Below are positions 1 to 7,545 of a stretch of 64,000 nt of DNA, one piece after another. The DNA lies in the NCBI GenBank assembly GCA_963847705.1, contig CAWKBC010000040.1, forward strand, positions 64,001-128,000, given 5' to 3'. The notes beneath the pieces are model-generated. The model did not search any database, was not told where the DNA came from, and was given only the letters and a program-made list of their open reading frames with translations. Source of the stretch: an uncultured Pseudomonadota bacterium (GTDB lineage: Bacteria; Myxococcota_A; Polyangia; Fen-1088). Positions within the stretch are counted from its first letter, which is position 1, and each line of letters starts with the position of its first letter. The translations under genes were made by a program, and so were the position numbers.

Positions 1-117
1 CGCGCCGAGGACCGGACTGGACCACAGCCACTTCAGCGCCCTCCACAGCGCCTTCAGGGCTTTCCAAATCCATTTCGACGCCGCCCAAACAGCCCGGCCT
101 GCCTGCCGGTCACTCAT
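1..117 (-). CDS. Hypothetical protein, partial (runs off the window edge); Trp/Lys-rich amphipathic N-terminus
   Basis: ATG at 117 overlaps the TGA of the 117-314 ORF (TGATG coupling); reads MSDRQAGRAVWAASKWIWKALKALWRALKWLWSSPVLGA with no stop before base 1. Confidence 0.55.
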   Translation of the reverse strand, partial: MSDRQAGRAVWAASKWIWKALKALWRALKWLWSSPVLGA

Positions 118-314
118 CAACGAGGACTGGAACTGCTGCTGTCGCTGCCGGCCGTCCTCGACGACGCAGGCTTCTGATCCTGATTTTGCGTGGTGACCGC
201 CGGGAACGAACGCGGACCCTCGCTAATGATGGTCGCCTTTCGCAACTTCCCCGTGCCCACCACGCTCAGAGCAGCGGCAGCCTCCGCGAGCGTTTCATCA
301 AACGTCTTGCTCAT
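117..314 (-). CDS. Small hypothetical protein (65 aa)
   Basis: AGGAGG Shine-Dalgarno just upstream of the ATG; translationally coupled to the next ORF. Confidence 0.6.
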   Translation of the reverse strand: MSKTFDETLAEAAAALSVVGTGKLRKATIISEGPRSFPAVTTQNQDQKPASSRTAGSDSSSSSPR

Positions 315-587
315 GGCTGCCTCCTGTTTTTTAGTGTACTGAACACTTGGTCAGTCGTCAACGGGCTTTCTCAGAACCTCGTCTGGTCGGGTGCTCGCAC
401 TTTAGCAGACCCGCGGATCGCGACTCCAAATTTAGACACGTTCCGTCGTCGGAGCCGGTGCGCTCGGGCACTTGAGCGGTAGCTCACAGTAGCGGCCCAA
501 CCGCCGCCCAGCTCTGGCACCGGGTGACGAAGGAGGTCACACATTGAGCGTGACCTCTTGTGCCAGGTCGGGTGCATCATCTCGACC

Positions 588-890
588 ATGAAGTGGCTCT
601 GGACATGGGGCGGAACCTCATTCGGATACCGCGTGGACGATGACCTCCGGACGCACGACGGACGTCATGTTGGAAGGTTCCACGGGGATGAGGTCTACGG
701 AACCGATGGCCGGTATCTAGGCGAGCTGAAGAGTGACAATCGACTGATCACATCTCGGTCGAAGAGCGCGCGTCGACAGGGTGCGTTCACTCCGTACGCT
801 CGGAACGCACCATACTCCCGATACGCCAGCTACGCGGGCTACGCGATGTACGCGGGCTACGAAGACTTCCCCTCTCCCGACGAAATCTGA
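588..890 (+). CDS. Small beta-hairpin-repeat protein (resembles '4-fold beta flower' proteins)
   Basis: MKWLWTWGGTSFGYRVDDDLRTHDGRHVGRFHGDEVYGTDGRYLGEL: repeated (D/G)-G-x-x-h-G hairpin motifs; ATG at 588. Confidence 0.65.
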   Translation: MKWLWTWGGTSFGYRVDDDLRTHDGRHVGRFHGDEVYGTDGRYLGELKSDNRLITSRSKSARRQGAFTPYARNAPYSRYASYAGYAMYAGYEDFPSPDEI

Positions 891-1438
891 CGCATCGTCG
901 GCCCTCACGATTGGTTTCATCACCGCCCCCCGAACGCCTGCTAGCGGGCCCAGCCGCTACGCACACTGGCGTGGGGAGCGACCGGCTCCCGCCGGGTCGG
1001 ATCGGCCAGGCGGCGGGCGATCTCGGCGAGGCAGCCCGAGCACGAGACCTACCTCCGTTCGTTCGTGAACAACGTGGTGAAGGCCGGCGCGCCGCAGAGG
1101 GGTTTTTCGGGTGGGTGATCGGCGGGCGCAGATCGGCTGTGGCTGCCAGGTCAGAGGGTCCCGATCCACGTCCAGAATTCTGGACCCACCGTGACCCAAT
1201 CGGCGATGCTTTCGTGTCGCCTGCCGCGAACACGCGCGATCATCTCCGAGACGGGAGCCGCGACCTGACCGGACTTACGCGCCAGAGCGGCGATCGTGTG
1301 CGCGCTCTGGCCGTGCTCTATCAGCCTAGCCTATCGAACCTCGTCCGATCACTTAAGTCCCCCTTCGCGAACCGTCCCTCCAGGCCAGACGCCCGAAATC
1401 CTTGACGAAACAGCCTTCGAATCCGGCGACGCGGTTGC

Positions 1439-1456
1439 GGAACTTTCGGAACTTTC
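1439..1456 (+). repeat. Tandem 9-bp direct repeat GGAACTTTC x2; candidate arm-type site of the left-hand element
   Basis: GGAACTTTCGGAACTTTC about 50 bp upstream of the tRNA-fragment core. Confidence 0.4.
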
Positions 1457-1505
1457 TGAGAACGCTAACTAAGCCAGACTGCTAAGCGATTCCTCACCAT
1501 GCGGA

Positions 1506-1559
1506 ATTCAGGTTCTGGTGATCGTAAGATTGTGGGAGTTCGACTCTCCCCGACCGCAC
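1506..1559 (+). repeat. att core: 3' half of tRNA-Leu(CAG), junction between two tandem elements
   Basis: ATTCAGGTTCTGGTGATCGTAAGATTGTGGGAGTTCGACTCTCCCCGACCGCAC: anticodon loop TTCAGGT, long variable arm, T-arm GGGAG-TTCGACT-CTCCC, acceptor 3' strand; no 5' half upstream; 53/54 identical to 11132-11185. Confidence 0.9.
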
Positions 1560-2792
1560 TCAAGAAATTCGCAGGGTTGTAGCTGGTTCGGATTCTGGTG
1601 AGATGGGTGGTTTGGCTCGATCCCCCACCTGATCCCCCACTTGGCTGGCCGGAGCCAGTAGGAGGAGGATCTTAGACGCCGCCGCCAGCTTCTCCCGAGC
1701 GTCTACGTGGGAGTAGTGCTCGGTCATCGCCGCCGTGACGTGGCCGGTGATCGACCTCGTCACGATCTCGCCCGCCACCTGACGAGCCAGGTTGTTGAAC
1801 GTCCGGCGCAGGCCGTGCACGCTCACCCGCTTCGTGATGCCGCAGCCCTTGAGCGCCCGACGGAGCGGGAACCGAAGAGCGTTCGGCCGCAACAACCCAC
1901 CGTCCGGTTCCGGGAACACCCACCCTTCCCCAAGCCCTACCGCCTGCCGAGCCAGAAGACGCACCCGATGCTTCTGAAGCGTGTCCGCCAGCTCACCCAC
2001 CAGCGGCACCGTGCGGCTGGTCCCTGTCTTCGTCGTCGACACCACCCCGTGCCACTGCGCCCGACGGACCCGAATGATCCCGGCATCCGCGTCCAGATCG
2101 GCCCACTTCAGTGCGGTCGCCTCACCGTAGCGCAGACCCGTGAGGGCCAGCGTCGCGGCGAGCGGATGATGGTCCGGCTCCTTTGCGGCGAGCCAGGTCA
2201 GAACGCAACCCAGCTCGGCCCCCGTGAGAAGGTTCGGCTCTTCGTCGGTTGGCCTGCGAACCGGAAGACGGCGAACCCGACGTGACGGGTTCCTCGGCAG
2301 ATCGAATTCCTGCACCGCGTCTTCCAGCACCATCCGCAACATCACCAGCGCCCCGTTCACCGTTGCTCCGGACTTCTTGCGCGCGAGCCGCGCCTGCCAC
2401 CCCCGAACATCCGATTCCATGATTCGATCGACGAAGAAATCGCCGAGATACGGCAACACGTAGGTGTCGAGCACCTCCGCGTACCGGCTACTCGACGACG
2501 CCTTGAGCCCGACTATGCGCGACGCCAACCACGAGGTCGCGTAGTCGCCGAGCCGGGGCACCTGGACGTCCCCACGTGCGTCGTTCCTGATTTGCTTCTG
2601 GAGCTCCGTTCGAAAGGACGCCGCTTCCTGCACGGTCCCCTCGACGACGCGATCCACCTCCTTCATCCGGCCGGTCCTTGGGTCGACGGCGCGGAGCCGG
2701 ATTCGCTTCCGTCCGTCGGACAACGTAGTGATTCCCGGATATCGACTCTTCGACATGTTCAGCATCTCCATCCGGGGCCACAGGAGTGCCAT
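1560..2792 (-). CDS. int: Tyrosine recombinase / integrase
   Basis: Full catalytic set: GLRYGE (R), TKTG (K), HGLRR (HxxR), GH, EHYSH (Y); stop codon directly against the att core; true start may be 2756 (MSKSRYPG). Confidence 0.95.
   Translation of the reverse strand: MALLWPRMEMLNMSKSRYPGITTLSDGRKRIRLRAVDPRTGRMKEVDRVVEGTVQEAASFRTELQKQIRNDARGDVQVPRLGDYATSWLASRIVGLKASSSSRYAEVLDTYVLPYLGDFFVDRIMESDVRGWQARLARKKSGATVNGALVMLRMVLEDAVQEFDLPRNPSRRVRRLPVRRPTDEEPNLLTGAELGCVLTWLAAKEPDHHPLAATLALTGLRYGEATALKWADLDADAGIIRVRRAQWHGVVSTTKTGTSRTVPLVGELADTLQKHRVRLLARQAVGLGEGWVFPEPDGGLLRPNALRFPLRRALKGCGITKRVSVHGLRRTFNNLARQVAGEIVTRSITGHVTAAMTEHYSHVDAREKLAAASKILLLLAPASQVGDQVGDRAKPPISPESEPATTLRIS
1619..1643 (+). repeat. 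Candidate integrase arm-type site (ATCCCCCAC x2), left end
   Basis: GATCCCCCACCTGATCCCCCACTTG inside the int 3' end; near-identical copy at 11016-11038. Confidence 0.7.
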
Positions 2793-2958
2793 GACCCAGG
2801 ATTATAGCGTCGAGATCTTCGCGTCTAAAGAGCCATATCCGGCCGCGACGACCGGCGGGGAGCAGCGCACCCGAGCAGACGAGATTCCGAACCGCCGAGG
2901 CCGAGCGATAGCGTAGGTAGGCGGCCGCCTCGAGTGTGGTGAGGTACGGTGAATTCAC
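2488..2958 (-). CDS. Excisionase-like HTH protein overlapping the int 5' end
   Basis: GTG-NSPYLTTLEAAAYLRYRSASAVRNLVCSGALLPAGRRGRIWLFRREDLDA is a typical Xis/HTH_17 pattern; the frame stays open ~300 nt into int. Confidence 0.75.
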   Translation of the reverse strand: MNSPYLTTLEAAAYLRYRSASAVRNLVCSGALLPAGRRGRIWLFRREDLDAIILGHGTPVAPDGDAEHVEESISGNHYVVRRTEANPAPRRRPKDRPDEGGGSRRRGDRAGSGVLSNGAPEANQERRTWGRPGAPARRLRDLVVGVAHSRAQGVVE

Positions 2959-3099
2959 GTCGCTGCTTCGAGCACTCGGGCGAAGGCCGGTCGGGTTGCG
3001 GCTTGGCGCGCGCGGACGAGCTCGATTCTCTAATTCGGAGCCGGGCCTCAGACGGCCCACTGAGAGCCGCAAGTCTCCTCGAACGCCGGGCTACACAGC

Positions 3100-3255
3100 T
3101 CAGGTGTCGCAGGTGACTTTCGAATAGATCTCTTCTTCCCCAATGAGCCAGTTCGCAGCCTGCTGTCGTTCGCGAGCGATGCTCATCACCTCCCGCCATA
3201 CGGACTCAGGAGCTTGGGAAATAGGTGCTCCTTTACGGCGCCGACGAGGCGGCAT
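3100..3255 (-). CDS. Possible small basic hypothetical protein
   Basis: MPPRRRRKGAPISQAPESVWREVMSIARERQQ; upstream of xis and divergent from the HEPN-like gene; no recognisable motif. Confidence 0.3.
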   Translation of the reverse strand: MPPRRRRKGAPISQAPESVWREVMSIARERQQAANWLIGEEEIYSKVTCDT

Positions 3256-3287
3256 GATTCCGTCGGCACGCCACGCTTCCCGCAGCG

Positions 3288-4031
3288 GTGACGGCACCAC
3301 TCACTTGGCAGGCGAGCGTGAAAGCCGCTGTCGAGAACCTCGTGAGGAGCCGCCCTCTGACTTCTGCCGAACTGGCGAGGGCTCAACCTCTTTACGAGGA
3401 GCTGAAACGCAAGCTTGCCGCGCCCAGCGAATTCGACCAGGCTCTGATCGAAAGCGCTACCGGCCAGTCGTTCGCTGAGTTCCTGGAGGGCGCACGCACG
3501 GCCGTCGGCGACAGCACCTTCAAGGCCTTGGTTTCGCCCCTGATCGACGTCGGTGGCTGGGCGGATCTCATCGTGCCTGGCGTAGACCGCAATTTCTCGC
3601 CAACTGGGTCGACCTTCGAAGAACGCGTTCGTTCCATCGCCGCAGTTCTTCACCGAGCCGCGGAGACCGCATACAAGCCCCTCCTCCAGGTTGCTTTGAA
3701 GCTGACGCCAACGCGCGCGTCACCAGCACCCCGCAGCCAGGTTCCGAGCACCGTGGGAGCCCTGCTCGAACAATGCCGGGATGCCTGGCAGCGAACCGGA
3801 GGGCCCGTCGGCATCCTCTATGATCGGATAGAGATCGTACGAAACTCTGAAGGGCACGTTCAGACGGAGTTCGACTTCACTCAGGCAACGGTCTCATTCG
3901 TCAACCGGCCCGAAGGCAGGCCACCCGAGCTAGTCGGTCCCTGGCAGGAGCAGGAGCTTGGGAACTACGCGCGTGGATTCCTCGATCTGGTGGCGCTGTT
4001 GTCCCTTGTCTATCGACGCTCGTTGAACTGA
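3288..4031 (+). CDS. Hypothetical protein with HEPN-like motifs (candidate RNase)
   Basis: Helical protein with HRAAETAYK (ExxxK) followed by IVRNSEGH (Rx4H). Confidence 0.6.
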   Translation: MTAPLTWQASVKAAVENLVRSRPLTSAELARAQPLYEELKRKLAAPSEFDQALIESATGQSFAEFLEGARTAVGDSTFKALVSPLIDVGGWADLIVPGVDRNFSPTGSTFEERVRSIAAVLHRAAETAYKPLLQVALKLTPTRASPAPRSQVPSTVGALLEQCRDAWQRTGGPVGILYDRIEIVRNSEGHVQTEFDFTQATVSFVNRPEGRPPELVGPWQEQELGNYARGFLDLVALLSLVYRRSLN

Positions 4032-4069
4032 CCGGGGGGGAGCCGGCGAGAAATCGATTCTCGGCGCCG

Positions 4070-4482
4070 ATGAGTGGCCCACTGGTCAGCAAACCGGGAA
4101 CCAGCCCCTCCACTAAGGCCAGTAGCGTCGCCAGCGCATGCCGGCCAGGCGCCCAAGCGCACACCACCGCAAGGAGCCAGCCCCCCCTGGCGGCGCAGAT
4201 CGGCGCGCGTATCAAGGCCCTCCGCGGCGAGAAGAAGTTCACTTTCGACGCGTTCACCGAGGAGCTCGGCATGGGCAGGGGCTATCTGTCCGAACTCGAA
4301 CGCGGGCTGGTCGAGCCGTCGGTCACCGCTCTCGCCCGTGTCGCCGAGGCCCTGGAAGTCACCATGGCGGACTCGGTGTTGGGCGCGTCGACCCGTAAGC
4401 AGCTCTTTGCGGTGACGCGGGACCTCCCGCGAAATGCGTCGACGAACTGCTGTCGCGTGCCCGGCAGCTCGTCGTGACGTAG
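4070..4482 (+). pseudogene. XRE/Cro-C1 HTH regulator, probably frameshifted at the 3' end
   Basis: IGARIKALRGEKKFTFDAFTEELGMGRGYLSELERGLVEPSVTALARVAEALEV; a helical tail (VDELLSRARQL) continues in another frame after ...RDLP. Confidence 0.7.
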
Positions 4483-4494
4483 GTCTCTCGGGCC

Positions 4495-5406
4495 TTACCT
4501 CCGTAACGCTAGCGCGAACACCGGCGTCCGGCTGACCACCTCGAAGTCAAAGCTACGGTAGAGAGCCAGCGCCCGATCGTTCTGCGCCTCGACAGTGAGC
4601 TCTACCTCGTTGGCCTCCCGATCGGCGAGCAGGCGCAACCCCTCGCCAACCAAGAGGGCGCCGAGGCCGCGCCCCCGGTAGCGGGGAAGCCGGCCAACCA
4701 CCTCCAGGTCGCCGCGCGGGCCGTGGGGAGCCACCTGGACGAACCCGGCGATTGCCTCGCCGTCGAGCAGGAGCCGCGAGACCCGGTGTCCGGTCGCGAT
4801 CGCCCGCCGGAATTCGTCGAGCGGCGGCAAACCCAGCGATGCCTGTCCGTAGAACGCTTCGGCGATCGCGGCGTGCGCGTCCGCCGCTCGCCCGTCGTCG
4901 AGCTTCGCCCATCGCCACCCATCGGCGAGCGCAACCGGCGCCGGCGGCGCGGGTGCCCCGGCCCCCCGCCGCATGTGAAACGTGTCGTAGGCGTGGCTCC
5001 ACCCCGCGGCCAACAGCGCCCGCTCAGCGGCCTCGACCTCGACCAGCGCCTCGCGGAGCGCGAGGTGCAGCACTCGCCTTACGCCCGCGCGCGCGAACGC
5101 CGCCGCCGGTGCGACCACCTGCGTGAGCAGCGCCTCGGCCCCGAGCCGGGCCCGCGTCCCGAGGATCTCGAGGTTGGCGGCGTCGGCGGCGTTGCTGGTC
5201 CTGTCGACGACCGTCGCCACAGCCGCCGTCCCCGCCCCGTCGGCCAAGACCACCACGCCCGCCAAATCGCTGGTCAGCTCGCCGAGCAGCCGCCCAAGTA
5301 GCCTCCGGTCGAACGGGCTTACATGCGCGACGCAGAACGCCGCAAGCGCGTCCCTGTCGCTGGGCGAAAATATTGCCCGTCGGAGGTCAGCGTCGAATCG
5401 CACCAC
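4495..5406 (-). CDS. GNAT family N-acetyltransferase
   Basis: Motif A PRYRGRGLG and NDRALALYRSFDF. Confidence 0.85.
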   Translation of the reverse strand: MVRFDADLRRAIFSPSDRDALAAFCVAHVSPFDRRLLGRLLGELTSDLAGVVVLADGAGTAAVATVVDRTSNAADAANLEILGTRARLGAEALLTQVVAPAAAFARAGVRRVLHLALREALVEVEAAERALLAAGWSHAYDTFHMRRGAGAPAPPAPVALADGWRWAKLDDGRAADAHAAIAEAFYGQASLGLPPLDEFRRAIATGHRVSRLLLDGEAIAGFVQVAPHGPRGDLEVVGRLPRYRGRGLGALLVGEGLRLLADREANEVELTVEAQNDRALALYRSFDFEVVSRTPVFALALRR

Positions 5407-5439
5407 GGCTCGCTTTTACCACTCCCGCCCGGACTACCA

Positions 5440-5542
5440 CCCGCCGGCCCTTGGAGGTGCTACGCCTTCGCCCCGACGCGCGACCTCCCACGAAGTCCGT
5501 CGACGAGTTGCTCTCGCGCCCGACAGCTCGCGGCGAAGTAGG
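5440..5542 (+). pseudogene. Collapsed second copy of the XRE gene 3' end
   Basis: 5475-5542 aligns with 4414-4483 at roughly 80% identity by eye (GACGCG.GACCTCCC.CGAA.T.CGTCGACGA..TGCT.TCGC...CAGCTCG....GA.GTAGG). Confidence 0.6.
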
Positions 5543-5615
5543 CTGCCGGGCTCTACGGGCACCTGCCTCAAGACGATCGTGGCGGTCGACGGCGAATGCG
5601 CCGACAATCGTCGCC

Positions 5616-6770
5616 ATGGCGAATGAGACCGTCGCATGGGCGCCGGGGAGCAGCGATCCCAAGATCGCGTTCGCCGAATTTCAGCTCCACCTGCGCGAGA
5701 TCACGCCACGCCTCCGCGTGGTGCCGGTGCTGGTCACGCTCAACGTCTTGGTGTTCGGGATCATGGTCGCCGCTGGGGCCAACGTCCTCAGTCCGACGAC
5801 CGAGCAAGTGCTTCGCTGGGGGGCCGATTATGGGCCGGTCACGTTGGGGGGACAGCCCTGGCGCGTCCTGACGAACGTCTTCGTCCACTTCGGGGTCGTC
5901 CATCTGTTGGCGAACATGGTTGCGCTTCTGAGCGCGGGGCCCATCGTCGAGCGGTTGTTCGGGCCGCTGGCGTTCGCGGCGATCTACTTCGCGGCGGGGA
6001 TCGCCGGCAGTCTCCTCAGCGTCGGTGCGCACCCGGTGGTGGTTTCGGCCGGCGCCTCGGGGGCGATCTTCGGCGTTTACGGTGCGCTGGGGGTGTTCGC
6101 GCTGCGCCAGCGAGGCACGATCCCGCGCGTCGTCTTCTCTAAGCTGGGTAGCGTGGCAGGCACCTTTATCGCTTACAACATCATGTACGGCGCGGCGCAC
6201 GCCGCGATCGACAATGCCGCGCATCTCGGTGGCCTGCTGGGCGGTGCGGCGGCCGGTGCGTTCCTTATTCGTCCGCTGGTGCCGGCGCGGCCGAGCGCCC
6301 CGCGCCTGCCCGCGCTGGTCGCCGCCGCGGCGTGCATTTTGGCGGCCGGGGTGACATTCGCGCTGCCAAAGCCCGTGGCGTTCGAGACGATCCTCAAGAC
6401 CTACCAGAATGGCGAGGACACCATCCTCGCCCAATACAACGACATGGTTCGCCGGCTGAGCGCCGGAAAGATCGGCATGCGCGAGGTCGCCCACGAGATC
6501 GATCACACGACCGTCCCTGCCTGGCAGACGCTCGGCGCCGCGGTCAAGCGACAACGCCAGGACTGGGAAAGGAGGCGGAAGCCCACGCCGGCGCAGGGCC
6601 GCCTGCTCGATCTCCTGGAACAGTTGGTCGCGACGCGGGAGGACGGTTGGACGCGAATGTCCGCGGCACTCGGCGTCCAAGACGCCGACGCTTTCGAGCA
6701 GACCTCCGCCGACACCGAAGTAGCCGTCCGCGAGATCCTGAAACAAGTGGAGGATCTGAAATCGCAGTAA
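5616..6770 (+). CDS. Rhomboid intramembrane serine protease with a soluble C-terminal extension
   Basis: PWR, FVHFGVVHLLANM, GASG (catalytic Ser), AAHLGG (catalytic His). Confidence 0.92.
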   Translation: MANETVAWAPGSSDPKIAFAEFQLHLREITPRLRVVPVLVTLNVLVFGIMVAAGANVLSPTTEQVLRWGADYGPVTLGGQPWRVLTNVFVHFGVVHLLANMVALLSAGPIVERLFGPLAFAAIYFAAGIAGSLLSVGAHPVVVSAGASGAIFGVYGALGVFALRQRGTIPRVVFSKLGSVAGTFIAYNIMYGAAHAAIDNAAHLGGLLGGAAAGAFLIRPLVPARPSAPRLPALVAAAACILAAGVTFALPKPVAFETILKTYQNGEDTILAQYNDMVRRLSAGKIGMREVAHEIDHTTVPAWQTLGAAVKRQRQDWERRRKPTPAQGRLLDLLEQLVATREDGWTRMSAALGVQDADAFEQTSADTEVAVREILKQVEDLKSQ

Positions 6771-7016
6771 GGGACGTCGCTCCGGCCCCCGAGCCGCCGA
6801 TCGACGGCGCCGCCCCAGAGGGCTTGCTCGTCGTTCGAGCGGCGCGCCTGGACAACGGACGGACCTGGCCACGCCTCCAGCCGCCGGACAGGGTATAGAC
6901 GTTGACGCGGAGGGGGTGGCCCGGAAACCCGTGGCGTGAAGCCCAATCATGTCACCACGTTGGACTAGGGGTGCGCAACCACCTCTAAGAAGATGATTCT
7001 CATAAGCAGTTGCATA

Positions 7017-7283
7017 CTACTGCTCTGGTCGCCGCCTTTCGCCGCCAGGCACCAAGCCATAGCTAAAGACCGGCTCTCGCCGGTCAAGGTGCTCACCCCC
7101 CTGACGAGCCTCGAGCCGGCGACCGACGACGAAGGTCGACGGCGGCGCCATCGCCAGGAAGCGGGAGAGGCGTCGCGGGTACACCGCCAGCGGGGAACCG
7201 TAGCTCCAGAGCAAATCGGCGAACCACTCGCCGCCGATCTGGAAGAAAGGCACCCGATTGGCCACCACCTTCCTGCCGCTCAC
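7017..7283 (-). CDS. Small hypothetical protein coupled to the nuclease remnant
   Basis: GTG at 7283 overlaps the nuclease TGA (GTGA); VSGRKVVANRVPFFQIGGEWFADLLWSYG. Confidence 0.4.
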   Translation of the reverse strand: MSGRKVVANRVPFFQIGGEWFADLLWSYGSPLAVYPRRLSRFLAMAPPSTFVVGRRLEARQGGEHLDRREPVFSYGLVPGGERRRPEQ

Positions 7284-7530
7284 GACTCTCTCCCGCACGG
7301 TCCGGCATACGGGCACGATCGGCACTGGAACCCGCGGACCGGGAAGAAGATGCCCGCGTCGACGGCCCGCAGAACACCGATGACGGTCTGCAGCGCCTCG
7401 ATCTCATCCTCAGGTCATCGAGGTAGACCGCTGGCACCCTGGTCTTCGTGAGCACCTGCCATGGGCACCGGAGGTAGGTCTTCACCTGGCTGACGCTGAC
7501 ATGGAGGCCGTCAGCGTCGTGGACCCCGGG
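7280..7530 (-). pseudogene. Internally deleted Cas4/AddB-like PD-(D/E)XK Fe-S nuclease
   Basis: N-terminal LHVSVSQVKTYLRCPWQ joined directly to QVLTKTRVPAVYLDDL, then after a frameshift EDEIEALQTVIGVLRAVDAGIFFPVRGFQCRSCPYAGPC*; 1+3 Cys layout kept, nuclease core absent. Confidence 0.75.
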
Positions 7531-7545
7531 TCAGTCGAGTACCAT

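Noticed and set aside
900-1430. Several overlapping ORFs or a possible gene remnant (ISARQPEHETYLRSFVNNVVK)
   Set aside because: Short coding-like patch without a start or recognisable family
1460-1559. Complete tRNA-Leu gene at either repeat
   Set aside because: Neither copy (here or 11132) has a D-arm or the 5' acceptor and anticodon strands upstream; both are att fragments
7280-7530. CRISPR-Cas system implied by the Cas4-like remnant
   Set aside because: No cas1/cas2, effector genes or repeat-spacer array anywhere in the window
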